64,000 nt of DNA, from contig JAPLDI010000049.1 of NCBI GenBank assembly GCA_026391795.1, positions 98,594 through 162,593 on the forward strand, in the 5' to 3' direction. This document shows positions 1-9,252 of this stretch, piece after piece; within the stretch, counting starts at the first letter, position 1, and each line of letters begins with the position of its first letter. The position numbers and the translations under genes are program-made. Below the pieces are notes generated by a model that saw nothing but the letters and a program-made list of their open reading frames with translations, searched no databases and was not told the origin of the DNA. Source of the DNA: Bacteroidota bacterium. GTDB lineage: Bacteria > Bacteroidota > Bacteroidia > Bacteroidales > FEN-979.

Positions 1-387
1 GACTGTAAAAATTTCAAAAGGAAGGACATGTTTGTCATGAATAAAAAACTTCAGGAATATAGGGTAGTAGGGCGGGTTTATCCAGAACCCGCTATAGATC
101 CTGGATTCCATATTGCCGAAGAGGATCAGAAGAAACCAGCCGAAGGCAAAACTCATATGCATGTAACCCAGCATCGGATTCCTCCGGAACATTTTGCGAT
201 GCAAAAGGCTTTCAAAAAAGATCTCCCTCAGGGCAAAAAATATTCTTGGGCTCCGAAGTCCGGACTTAAATTTCCTTTTATCTTCAACATCCATCTCATG
301 GATCCAGCTCCTGTTCTTCATGATCATTGTGAAGAACAGGAATATAAACCCGAGGCTGAAAGGAAGGACAAACAGGTTGAAGGTCAT
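1..387 (-). CDS. Integral membrane subunit, NarI/HdrE/DsrM-like (N-terminal part only; gene runs off the window start)
   Basis: Absent from the ORF track. A reverse-strand ATG at 387-385 overlaps the TGA of the upstream ferredoxin gene (ATGA junction). The frame stays open to base 1. My translation is MTFNLFVLPFSLGFIFLFFTMIM...GYMHMSFAFGWFLLILFGNMES..., which gives hydrophobic helices with His residues. Confidence 0.5.
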   Translation of the reverse strand, partial: MTFNLFVLPFSLGFIFLFFTMIMKNRSWIHEMDVEDKRKFKSGLRSPRIFFALREIFFESLLHRKMFRRNPMLGYMHMSFAFGWFLLILFGNMESRIYSGFWINPPYYPIFLKFFIHDKHVLPFEIFTV

Positions 388-719
388 AGTCCGGATTTTT
401 CCAATGCAGTGTGGATGGATAGGATCAGGTTTCTCAGATTGACACCGCGGGGACAAACAAGCTGGCATTTGCCGCAGAGCATGCATTTCATGATCTCTTT
501 TTTCAGGTGTTTCAACTCACCTCTCTGGATCAGGGTATGGATCTTCCGGATATTAAAATCTGTAAAATGCCCAGTCGTGCAGGTTGCTGTGCAGCTTCCA
601 CAGCCCATGCATAATAGGATGGAAGGTTCTATTTCATTAATGAAGACGGTCACGTTCCGGTCATTCGCATCGAAATCAATCTGACGGTCCTCGGTGATGT
701 TATATCCAAAAGATTTCAT
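384..719 (-). CDS. Small 2x[4Fe-4S] ferredoxin, HdrC/QmoC-N-terminal-like
   Basis: 111 aa with two Cys clusters, CMGCGSCTATC and CMLCGKCQLVCP. It sits 5 nt downstream of the HdrA-like gene and is translationally coupled to the membrane subunit. Confidence 0.75.
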   Translation of the reverse strand: MKSFGYNITEDRQIDFDANDRNVTVFINEIEPSILLCMGCGSCTATCTTGHFTDFNIRKIHTLIQRGELKHLKKEIMKCMLCGKCQLVCPRGVNLRNLILSIHTALEKSGL

Positions 720-724
720 CCCGG

Positions 725-1741
725 TTATTTTAAGTAATCTGCAACCTGGATTGCTGTTGCACGGGCATCTGTAATGGTATTTGCGATCCCGGCCGGACCT
801 TTCACTGTCCCTGCGAGAAAGACTCCGGGTATTTCGGTGGAGTTAGTTATGGTATGTTCATCGGCCGGGCAGAGAAACCGGTCATCTCCCTCTTTGAGTC
901 CCAGCATGGCTGCCAGCCTCCGGGTCTCTGGTGAGGGTACAAATCCGACGAGCAGGATCAGCAGGTCAACTTTCATTTTTAGCGGTAGTCCGGTCAGGGT
1001 GTCTTCAACTTTAACCAGCAAGGTATGATCTGTGTTCTCTGAAGCTTCTGAAAGTCTGCCCCGTATGAACTGGATTCCCCATTTTTCCTGTGCCTCATAG
1101 TACATTTCCTCAAAATGGCGGTCAAACATCCGGAGGTCCATGTAAAAACAGAAGATCTCAGCATCCGGCATAAGCTCTTTGATCTCGATGGCCTGCTTGA
1201 CTCCCGTAACGCAGCACAATTTTGAACAATACAGGTTTCCTGCCTTCTCGTCCCTCGAGCCCACACAATGTATGATCCCGATCCGTTTTGATGCGACTCC
1301 TTCAAGCAGGTTTTTTTGTTTATTGCTTCGGAAGAATTCTTCAAGTTCAACAGAGGTGATCACATTGTCATAGATTCCATAACCGTATTCCTCTTTTTTC
1401 CTTGCATCAAAGACCTCGTAACCGGTAGCAATAACGAGGGCATCTGACTGAAGTTCCTTGCCATCCTGTAAGGCAATTGTGAATTTCTCTTCTGATTTTC
1501 TTATGTTACTAATCTCGGCATTTAAATGCAGGGATATGCCGTCGTTCATCCCCTTCTCAAGGTAATCAAACACTTCATCGCTGTTGCGCCTGTTCGGGAA
1601 CAGACGGTCCCAGTTCTTCAGGTGCCCACCGAGGTGGGGCTGTTTTTCGATAAGGTCAACTTCAACTCCGAGCCGTGCAAGCTGAGAAGCCGTTTCCATG
1701 CCTGCAGTGCCTCCTCCGATGATAATGGCTGTTTTACTCAT
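725..1741 (-). CDS. HdrA/QmoA-like FAD-dependent oxidoreductase (short form, no ferredoxin domains)
   Basis: Has an N-terminal GGGTAG dinucleotide-binding motif. Carries the HdrA signature CVGSRDEKAGNLYCSKLCC (CxGxRDx6-8CSxxCC). It overlaps the HdrB-like gene by 4 nt. Confidence 0.8.
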   Translation of the reverse strand: MSKTAIIIGGGTAGMETASQLARLGVEVDLIEKQPHLGGHLKNWDRLFPNRRNSDEVFDYLEKGMNDGISLHLNAEISNIRKSEEKFTIALQDGKELQSDALVIATGYEVFDARKKEEYGYGIYDNVITSVELEEFFRSNKQKNLLEGVASKRIGIIHCVGSRDEKAGNLYCSKLCCVTGVKQAIEIKELMPDAEIFCFYMDLRMFDRHFEEMYYEAQEKWGIQFIRGRLSEASENTDHTLLVKVEDTLTGLPLKMKVDLLILLVGFVPSPETRRLAAMLGLKEGDDRFLCPADEHTITNSTEIPGVFLAGTVKGPAGIANTITDARATAIQVADYLK

Positions 1742-2820
1742 ACTTCTTTGGCGTAAAATTTGAGGGTTGTCGGGGCCTCCGGTTTGCCAAGATCCTGGCC
1801 GTCAGCACCCCTGAATTTCATCTCCGGATCGTAAGGAATACCCATCTTATCAAGCAGGGGCTCTGCCGGGACTTGGTGAACCTGTAAGCCAAGATCCCAG
1901 GGATTGTATCCAAGAACAAGTCCTGCCAGTTCTTCATAAGTCAGGACAGGAATTCCCTGGTTATTTTCCCCATAGGTCTTTCCCTCCATCTCGCTGATGG
2001 CATATTGCCACCGGTCGAGAAACATAGGGCATCCCGGGCAGTTTGTTAGGATCATATCGGGTTTGTAAGGTTCCATGGAATCGAATTTTTTCTTCGAGCA
2101 GGAGATGGAAAAACCACGGTTGGCCTGCACAAGATACTGCCGGAATCCGAACCCGCAGCAATGCCTTCGTTCAGGGTAATCGATCACCTCACCGCCCCAG
2201 TCTTCGATCATTCCGACAAGAACATAAGGATATTCCGCCCCGCCGATTCCTTTGCTTGGGAACATCTTTGAATAGTGACAACCAATATGTTCAACCACCC
2301 TCAATGGCTTCCCGGTATCCTTGTTCACGAGGCTGTATTTACTCTTTTCCGCAATTTCCTTACGGAATTTAAAAATAATATCGGAGGCGTGGGACACATT
2401 TGCAGGCTTTTTGAATTCTCTCCCCGTGGCTTTGCGCAGGAATTGCCTCGTTTTTTCTTCCAGTTCAGGAAAGTGATGCCATGTTTCAAGCACTTCAGAA
2501 TAGAGCCCGAAGGAGGTGATGCAGGAGGTTACCAGATTTTCGTATCCTGCTTCGGTCATCAGTGCGAACTGTCGCGCCACCATCGTCATGGAAGTCTCAA
2601 AAGGAATGATATCGGTGTGGTATCCGATCCCGGAACAGGTCGTGTGGGAAGGATTTTCAAAAAGGTCCTTCTTAAGCTCGTATTGCAGGATCCGAAGGAA
2701 AGTTTTTTCAGAGCCGGGAAAGAAGTTCTGCCTGACGCAGCTTCTCACATAAAAAAAATGATCCTCCGCGATCTCCTTCTGGTATTCCTTCCAGATATTT
2801 TGTTTCCCTTCAATCTTCAT
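1738..2820 (-). CDS. HdrB-like protein with CCG cysteine-rich domains
   Basis: 360 aa with the motifs HCCGFGF and NCPGCP, typical of CCG domains. It overlaps both neighbours, consistent with an operon. Confidence 0.8.
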   Translation of the reverse strand: MKIEGKQNIWKEYQKEIAEDHFFYVRSCVRQNFFPGSEKTFLRILQYELKKDLFENPSHTTCSGIGYHTDIIPFETSMTMVARQFALMTEAGYENLVTSCITSFGLYSEVLETWHHFPELEEKTRQFLRKATGREFKKPANVSHASDIIFKFRKEIAEKSKYSLVNKDTGKPLRVVEHIGCHYSKMFPSKGIGGAEYPYVLVGMIEDWGGEVIDYPERRHCCGFGFRQYLVQANRGFSISCSKKKFDSMEPYKPDMILTNCPGCPMFLDRWQYAISEMEGKTYGENNQGIPVLTYEELAGLVLGYNPWDLGLQVHQVPAEPLLDKMGIPYDPEMKFRGADGQDLGKPEAPTTLKFYAKEV

Positions 2821-3529
2821 TTTTTCGGGTATGATCTCCTGAATTTTCAGTATAGATAAACTTCATATAGTCGTCATTTTTCCCATCGTTCATCTCCATT
2901 CCCATCTCTGCTGCTTTTTTTCTGGAAAATTCTTCAATCTTCTCCATCCTGGAGAGTCCTCCAGTAACTTCAAAGATCCTCCGGATCTCGCCCAGTGCTT
3001 CCTCCGGTATCTTACGGAGAATCCCGCCGCCGGTACCTTTGTAGTTGGCCCCGAGCCGGTTCATAACAGCCTCCATGTTCTTATGTTCCCATTCCCATAC
3101 CGGTCCCTGTTCTGGGTGCATGTCTGGAAGGATCTCAGAAGGGTAGAGGCAATACCCATATTCAAGGATCCATTTGCCGATCGTTCTTTTGATGGCCAGC
3201 TGCTGGCGTCCTTTTTCAGATTCAGTAAAATATCCAAGTTCCTGCGAGAGTGAACGCAAGGCCTGGATCAGCAACCCCGGGGCATTTCCCCTCGGACAAC
3301 GTGTAACGCACGACATGCACTCCCCGCAGTACCAAATGGTATTGCTTTTTAACAACTCCTCAATCTGTGATTGATCCCTGGTCTGGAGGATGTCAAGAAT
3401 TCTTCGGGGCTGGTAATCGTAAAATTCGGCGGCAGGGCAGATTGCGGTACAGGTACCACAATTCAGGCAGGCTTTCAAACCTTCCCTGAACCTGACATCT
3501 TCGAATAATTTATCGTAAAGATCGGACAT
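2810..3529 (-). CDS. HdrC-like 4Fe-4S dicluster protein
   Basis: 239 aa with CLNCGTCTAICP and CGECMSCVTRCP. It is the first gene of the cluster. Confidence 0.8.
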   Translation of the reverse strand: MSDLYDKLFEDVRFREGLKACLNCGTCTAICPAAEFYDYQPRRILDILQTRDQSQIEELLKSNTIWYCGECMSCVTRCPRGNAPGLLIQALRSLSQELGYFTESEKGRQQLAIKRTIGKWILEYGYCLYPSEILPDMHPEQGPVWEWEHKNMEAVMNRLGANYKGTGGGILRKIPEEALGEIRRIFEVTGGLSRMEKIEEFSRKKAAEMGMEMNDGKNDDYMKFIYTENSGDHTRKNED

Positions 3530-3558
3530 AAGAGTTCATTGACCCGTTGCTCTATTGA

Positions 3559-3566
3559 CAAAGGTA
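3559..3566 (-). promoter_or_regulatory. Bacteroidetes-type -7 box (TACCTTTG = TAnnTTTG) upstream of the hdr-like cluster
   Basis: The reverse strand reads TACCTTTG, about 30 nt upstream of the ATG at 3529. Confidence 0.45.
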
Positions 3567-3599
3567 TGAAAAAAGCGAAAGCCAAAACGGTTTCAGAAA

Positions 3600-4316
3600 C
3601 TACCGGTTGGTAAAGACATATTGAAGCAGGTTTGCTCCCATCTGGAGGGCTTTCAATCGGGTCGGCTCGGAGTCGTGATGAACATCCTGGTCTTCCCAGC
3701 CATCACCAAGATCACATTGATAGGTATAATAAACAATGAGCCGTCCTTCATAGAACAATCCAAATCCCTGGGCAGGCAGCCCGTCGTGTTCATGGATCTT
3801 AGGCAATCCATTGGGGAAATCATACGGTTTATGATAAAACGGGAAACTTATTGGAAGTTCGACCAGGTCAAGTTCGGGGAAAACTTTTTTCAGCTGCGGC
3901 CGGATGAATTTATCCATCCCGTAATTGTCGTCGATGTGCAGAAAACCTCCTCCGATAAGATAATCCCTCAGATTTTTCTGTTCCTGGGCCGAAAAGATCA
4001 CATTCCCATGGCCTGTCATATGTACAAAAGGATAGTTAAAGATTTCAGGACTCCCTGCATCGACGGTTGGCACATCTTCACTGATATTGGTTCCCAGGTT
4101 TTTATTTGCGAATTTTACCAGGTTGGGAAGGGACGTGGGATTGGCATACCAGTCGCCTCCTCCGGCATACTTCAGCAGGGCTATCTGGAAGGATGGAGGC
4201 GGGGAGAATGAAGAGAGGAGAATGAAACTTCCAATGAGAAAGATCCATCGTTTTACATTCAAGATTCCTGTAGATGTAGTGATCATCATGAGTTTAGCAA
4301 TGAGATGGTATGACAT
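3600..4316 (-). CDS. DUF4159 domain protein
   Basis: LLKYAGGGDWYANPTSLPNL, YPFVHMTGHGNVIFS, GGFLHIDDNYG, LPKIHEHDG and CDLGDGWED match my memory of the DUF4159 family. The true start may be an internal Met (4289 or 4286). Confidence 0.7.
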   Translation of the reverse strand: MSYHLIAKLMMITTSTGILNVKRWIFLIGSFILLSSFSPPPSFQIALLKYAGGGDWYANPTSLPNLVKFANKNLGTNISEDVPTVDAGSPEIFNYPFVHMTGHGNVIFSAQEQKNLRDYLIGGGFLHIDDNYGMDKFIRPQLKKVFPELDLVELPISFPFYHKPYDFPNGLPKIHEHDGLPAQGFGLFYEGRLIVYYTYQCDLGDGWEDQDVHHDSEPTRLKALQMGANLLQYVFTNR

Positions 4317-4987
4317 GCCACAATCCCGGCAGTCTCCGTCCGTAAACGACTTTTTCCTAAACTTATTGGGAGGAAACCCTCTTTTTTTGAGAGGATGATC
4401 TCTTCCGGAGAGAAATCACCTTCAGGGCCGATCAGGATCATTGAATTTTCTCCTTTCCTGTATACTTTCTGAAGTTCATCTTCTTCGCCTGATTCGCAGT
4501 AAGCGATGAACTTTCCTCCGTTGAAATCTCCGGAGAGAACAGCTTTCAGGGGAGAAGGCTCATTCAGCTTTGGCAGGTAAGCTTTCAGCGATTGTTTCAT
4601 TGCTGCTACAATAATCTTTTGAAGACGTTCTGTCTTGATCCGGATCCGTTCAGAATGGGCACAAAAAAGGGGTGTGATCTCGTCAATTCCGATCTCCGTG
4701 GCCTTTTCAAGGAACCACTCGAAGCGATCAAGACTTTTGGTTGGTGCAATTCCAATGTGCAGATAAGTTTTTCGTTTCAGGTACTCTGTTTGAACGGAAA
4801 CTACATTTACAATGCATTTCCTGGGATCAGCAATCTGTATTACGCATTCATAGAGGTTCCCCTGACCATCTGCAAGGTGAATTATTCCTCCTTCTGCCAA
4901 TCGGAGAACACGCGTACAATGCCATGATTCCTGCTCACCCAGCAGATTGGAACCTTGTGTTACGACTGGTGAATAAAAGAGATGCAT
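4286..4987 (-). CDS. rsmE: 16S rRNA (uracil1498-N3)-methyltransferase
   Basis: The start was moved to MHLFYSP (ATG at 4987). The tracked 330-aa ORF carries an implausible N-terminal extension that overlaps the next gene. LIGPEGDFS and SLGKSRLRTETAG are RsmE-like. Confidence 0.85.
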   Translation of the reverse strand: MHLFYSPVVTQGSNLLGEQESWHCTRVLRLAEGGIIHLADGQGNLYECVIQIADPRKCIVNVVSVQTEYLKRKTYLHIGIAPTKSLDRFEWFLEKATEIGIDEITPLFCAHSERIRIKTERLQKIIVAAMKQSLKAYLPKLNEPSPLKAVLSGDFNGGKFIAYCESGEEDELQKVYRKGENSMILIGPEGDFSPEEIILSKKEGFLPISLGKSRLRTETAGIVACHTISLLNS

Positions 4988-5060
4988 CCGTTCAAATGGT
5001 AAAATGGCAAGAATGTAAAATGATAAAATGGCAATTGATGAAGAGAACCACTTTACAAAC

Positions 5061-5507
5061 TCAATCCGGTTTTGGGGTATCATTACCGCCGTCGAGTACG
5101 AACTTCCATTTTCCATTGGGAAATTTTTTCCAGATGGTAACATACGTTCCATATTCAACGGTGTCTTTCCCCTGGACCCGCAATTCCCATTTTCCGAAGG
5201 TATAACCCAGGTTGCCGGAGGCTTCAGCCAGGACAGGGACCCATTGAAGGTGGATCTGCTTGTCGGGCATGGTCTCAAGGTGTTTTTTGAGCTCTGCTTT
5301 CCCGAACAGCGGAAGCTGTCCTTGCCTGAGCATGATCACCGTATCCGCCGTATAGTTGAGAAAGGCTTCCTTCATGCCTTTTTCAATGCTCATGAGGTTG
5401 AAGTCCTGATCTGTTTTCAGGAGTTCCCTCTCCAGGAATTTTTTATCCTCGACGGGATGTATACACCCCGTAAGGATCACAAGCAGGAAGATGATTTTTT
5501 TTATCAT
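5061..5507 (-). CDS. SnoaL/DUF4440-like small lipoprotein
   Basis: 148 aa. Lipoprotein signal LLVILTGC. The NTF2-like pattern (FGKWELRV...YVTIWKK..GKWK) supports the family call. Confidence 0.55.
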   Translation of the reverse strand: MIKKIIFLLVILTGCIHPVEDKKFLERELLKTDQDFNLMSIEKGMKEAFLNYTADTVIMLRQGQLPLFGKAELKKHLETMPDKQIHLQWVPVLAEASGNLGYTFGKWELRVQGKDTVEYGTYVTIWKKFPNGKWKFVLDGGNDTPKPD

Positions 5508-5508
5508 A

Positions 5509-8500
5509 TTAATCCAGGATTACTTTCTTAACCGTTGTTGACTGATCGGACATGATACGGAAAAAATAGACTCCCTTAGCGAGACCTGAAAGGTTTAGCT
5601 TCTTTTCAAGGTTTCCGGTTTTAGCAGAAAAATGGTCGGAAAAGAGAGTTTGTCCCTGCAGGTTGACGACAGACAGATCGACGCTGGAAGAAGGATTTGC
5701 AAAAAAGATGTTAACAAAACCCGTGGTCGGGTTCGGGTAGATCCTGATCTCCTCATATTTGCTTTCCTTGTCCGAAACCCCGGTTGGTCCAGAGATAGAG
5801 ATATTATCGAGAAAAATGTTGTTTCCTCGACGGTTGTAAGATTCGAACAGGATCTTGACATTCTTCATCCCGGCCCAGGGGGAGATGTCCACCTGGTAGC
5901 AGCTCGTTCCATAAGCAGAACCGCACCAGTCGTAAGCGGATTGTGGAAAGAAGGAGGTCGACATTTTTTCATGCGTGGCGAAGACATTTGGTGTGCCATC
6001 AGGGCCGGCAGCAAGAATCCTTGTCCAGGTCGTTCCGCAGTCGCCAGAGATCTTCACGATCAGCGAATCCTTTACGGTGGCCTGTTGAGCATAAGCATGC
6101 TCAAAAGTTAACGCCAGTGAGCTGTAAGAACTGAAGTTCAGTGGCGGACTTACCAGCTGATCCCGGTTGGGCTTGGTGTAGCTGAACAGGTTGATCCAGG
6201 CAGCAAGGTGTCCGGGACTCGTTCCCGCAATGGTTATTGTATCCCAGGTTTTATCGTTGTCGGAATTAATGACGGTCCAGTGCTGATTGTTGAAACCATT
6301 CTCAAATCCCTCAGCAAATGGCAGCATGTAGCCTCCATAAATGATATAATCCAGTTTTGTCTGGGAATTGCTCCCTGTAGCGTTTGATGCAGTTAATCTG
6401 ACCGTATAATATCCCGGAACATTAAACTGAACAACAGGATTCTGGCTGCTTGCATCCGTTCCCTGGACGAAGGTCAGTGTAGCGGGTGAAAATTCCCAGC
6501 TCCAGGAAACAGGACAGTTGTCACTCTCATCCAGGAAATGAACAAGGTCACCTTCACATAAGACGGTTTTATCAGACGTGAAAGAGACGGCAGGTGCCTG
6601 TGCTGGATTTACGGTGATGTAGTTTGTTTTTGTAATTGAATCCGACCCGTTTCCGTTCCAGATCTTCATCTTTACAGAATAGGTCCCGGGAGTATTGTAC
6701 ACGATACCTGAGGGATTCTTTACTGCCGACGTGGATGGAGTCCCTCCTGTAAATGTCCATTGCCAGCTTGTTGGTGTACCGCTGGAAAGGTCTGTGAAAT
6801 TCACGCTGCAACCTGCCGGCATGGTTGTTTTGCTGGCTGTGAAATCAGCTATGGGGGCTGCATGATACATATCTGAACCCCAGAGTCCTCTTCCATAGGT
6901 ACATCCCCTGATCACATCACTGGAAACGCTGTCGTTATCATAATAGATTTCTACTTCCGTAACCTTTGCATTCGCTGGAAGCCCTTCGCTGAAAGGAACC
7001 CAGCCCGTCATTGATGAGTTTTTGTAGTAAACGCCTGCATCTGTACTCACATAAAGTCCTTCCAGGTCGTTTTTATAATAGGCGATTGAATTCATATGCA
7101 CTGCAGGAAGGTTGAGGCTGATGTTGGTCCAGGAAACACCTTTGTTAACCGATTTATAAACAGAATTTCCAGCGGTGATATAAACAGTGTTTGGATCCGT
7201 GGGGTGTGCCGTAATGTCAGTAGGAGTTGAAGCCACCGGCAGATAGGGAGTAAGGTCAACCCAGGTGGGATTGACATCCATGCAGTTGTCGGATCTGAAA
7301 AAACGCGTGTCTGATCGCGAAGCATAGAGAATGTTTGTATTGGCAGGTGAATTTTCAAGAGCAACAAGGTCGCTGCCGTTACTGCCGCCAAGGTTGTCAG
7401 AAATCTTTTGCCAGGTAGGATTACCTACCCTGATATACGTACTTCTCCAGATATTCTTGTATCCGATGAACATGGTATTCGCGTCAGTCGCATTAAAGAT
7501 GAACGGTGTCACCCATCCACCGCTTTCATTGATTCCGTTGATGCCATTTCCGGCTATATGCCTTTCAGCGGCATTGTTGTATCTGCGGTAGATGTCCCCG
7601 TAATATAATGTATAGTAGCTGTAACCGTCATTCTGGAAGTCAATGGCACATTCCATACCATCACCTCCGCCAGTTGCCACCCAATCAGCGGGAGTAAGGG
7701 TATAGGTTCCGTTATCCTGGAAGCCGTTGATTACATGGTTTTTCGATAACTGGGCCTGGCCGAGTTTATAGATCTGTCCGATGGTAACACCGGTAATCCT
7801 GTAATCCCAGGTAGTCCCCCCGTCAGAAGTGGAAAATACACCGCCGTCATTTCCTGCAAACAGATGTCCGTTGACCGGTGAATACCCGAGATAATGACAA
7901 TCTGCATGAACGGAGGGTACGCTGCATCCACCGTACCAGTGCGAATTGATGGTCCAGGTTAATCCGCCGTCCGTTGATTTCCATACATTCACACCACCAA
8001 CATAGATCGTATTTGCTGAAGTCGGGTCGGCTGCCAGTGCAAGGTCATACCAGCCTTGTCCGCCGGTACCGCTTCCGTCGCAACTCCAGTCCATGATATT
8101 CGGTGAGGTGGACCGCATACTGAAAGAGAGTCCGGAATCGGTGGAGCGGTAAACGCCACCGTACCCATTATCACCGGCTGCATAAAGAATATAAACATAA
8201 GCAGGGTTTGCAGCAGAAACAGCGATAGTTGAACGTTGTCCGCTGCCTACACCGGAGGTTATCAGGTTAAATGTCACACCGTTATCGCTTGAACGGAAAA
8301 ACTGTGAACCACCTGCAGCATAAATGATGGAATGATTTCCCGGCTTAAACTCAATACTTTTGAAGTTTCCTGATTCCGTCAGTGTCCATGTATTTCCGGC
8401 GTCAACGGTCCGGTAAACTCCTCCGCTGGTGGCTGCAAGCATGATGGAGGAATTGGTGGGATCCTGGATCATGGACCCGACGGTTTTGTCACCCATTCCG

Positions 8501-9177
8501 GTTTTCGACGCAGACCAGCTCAACCCGCCGTTGATACTTTTATATACGCCCAGACCAGTGGCATCACCTGCGTCGCGGTCGCCGGTACCGATAAAGATCC
8601 TGTTAGGATTCGAATAATCAACGATGATAGCGGAAACTCCCAGGGTAGGCATCGTGTCGGTATGGGTCACCCAGGTCAGGCCACCATCGGATGTCTGCCA
8701 CATTCCACCCGAAGGAGAGCCGATATAGAATTTATTAGGGTCGGTGGGATGATATCCAACGGTATTAACCCGTCCCAATCCTTCGTATCCGGCAGGCCCG
8801 GGCAGGGGTATGGTTGCAGGTCCCAACGATATCCAGTTTCCGTTTGTGGACGTATAGCTTTTTAAAAAGTCCTCATATGACTTCTCAGCCAGCTCAGGTG
8901 CCGGGCGGTCGCCATTGGGTAAAACACGGCTCTGCATCATGTATTCCCAACGTTTGAATACTTTCCAACCGCATCCTTTCGTGATCGGCCGGTTCTGCCA
9001 GTAAATGTTGAAGGCTCTTTGTACCTTAAAGAAGTTTACGTTCGGATCCTGCATCATCTGAACCCAATAGGGGTAATTGGCAGTATCCTTCGAAACATCA
9101 TTTGACGTGTTTTGTTGAGCGCTGGCGGAAATAACCCGCAGGCAAAGAAAGACCGAAATGATAATGAACTTTTTCAT
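5509..9177 (-). CDS. Large secreted BNR/Asp-box (sortilin-like) + PKD + MAM-like protein with a T9SS C-terminal sorting domain
   Basis: Start set at MKKFIIISVF (ATG at 9177), which gives a signal peptide. There are at least 8 SxDxGxTW-type Asp-boxes (e.g. TSDGGLTWV, KSTDGGLTWT) and two PKD-like modules. The C-terminus IRIYPNPTTGFVNI...KGVYFFRI...KKVILD is T9SS-CTD-like. Confidence 0.85.
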   Translation of the reverse strand: MKKFIIISVFLCLRVISASAQQNTSNDVSKDTANYPYWVQMMQDPNVNFFKVQRAFNIYWQNRPITKGCGWKVFKRWEYMMQSRVLPNGDRPAPELAEKSYEDFLKSYTSTNGNWISLGPATIPLPGPAGYEGLGRVNTVGYHPTDPNKFYIGSPSGGMWQTSDGGLTWVTHTDTMPTLGVSAIIVDYSNPNRIFIGTGDRDAGDATGLGVYKSINGGLSWSASKTGMGDKTVGSMIQDPTNSSIMLAATSGGVYRTVDAGNTWTLTESGNFKSIEFKPGNHSIIYAAGGSQFFRSSDNGVTFNLITSGVGSGQRSTIAVSAANPAYVYILYAAGDNGYGGVYRSTDSGLSFSMRSTSPNIMDWSCDGSGTGGQGWYDLALAADPTSANTIYVGGVNVWKSTDGGLTWTINSHWYGGCSVPSVHADCHYLGYSPVNGHLFAGNDGGVFSTSDGGTTWDYRITGVTIGQIYKLGQAQLSKNHVINGFQDNGTYTLTPADWVATGGGDGMECAIDFQNDGYSYYTLYYGDIYRRYNNAAERHIAGNGINGINESGGWVTPFIFNATDANTMFIGYKNIWRSTYIRVGNPTWQKISDNLGGSNGSDLVALENSPANTNILYASRSDTRFFRSDNCMDVNPTWVDLTPYLPVASTPTDITAHPTDPNTVYITAGNSVYKSVNKGVSWTNISLNLPAVHMNSIAYYKNDLEGLYVSTDAGVYYKNSSMTGWVPFSEGLPANAKVTEVEIYYDNDSVSSDVIRGCTYGRGLWGSDMYHAAPIADFTASKTTMPAGCSVNFTDLSSGTPTSWQWTFTGGTPSTSAVKNPSGIVYNTPGTYSVKMKIWNGNGSDSITKTNYITVNPAQAPAVSFTSDKTVLCEGDLVHFLDESDNCPVSWSWEFSPATLTFVQGTDASSQNPVVQFNVPGYYTVRLTASNATGSNSQTKLDYIIYGGYMLPFAEGFENGFNNQHWTVINSDNDKTWDTITIAGTSPGHLAAWINLFSYTKPNRDQLVSPPLNFSSYSSLALTFEHAYAQQATVKDSLIVKISGDCGTTWTRILAAGPDGTPNVFATHEKMSTSFFPQSAYDWCGSAYGTSCYQVDISPWAGMKNVKILFESYNRRGNNIFLDNISISGPTGVSDKESKYEEIRIYPNPTTGFVNIFFANPSSSVDLSVVNLQGQTLFSDHFSAKTGNLEKKLNLSGLAKGVYFFRIMSDQSTTVKKVILD

Positions 9178-9252
9178 AGTGGAATCAGGTTGGTGTTTTC
9201 GACAGACAAATGTACCCTTTTTTTTCTTTTTGCCGGCCCCCAATTCAACCTC

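Noticed and set aside
28-684. 218-aa plus-strand ORF at the window start
   Set aside because: It lies antisense to the HdrC-like ferredoxin gene and the membrane-subunit gene, both of which have clear motifs. Its translation has no recognisable features, so it is a shadow ORF.
2275-2859. 194-aa plus-strand ORF (similar cases: 3621-4211, 5028-5531, 16829-17425, 60760-61293, 62219-62713)
   Set aside because: All lie antisense within well-supported minus-strand genes and translate to Arg/Ser/Pro-rich low-information sequence. They are typical shadow ORFs.
4988-5278. N-terminal 97-codon extension of the rsmE ORF
   Set aside because: The extension overlaps the SnoaL-like gene on the same strand in another frame and does not resemble RsmE. 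The conserved protein starts at MHLFY (ATG 4987).
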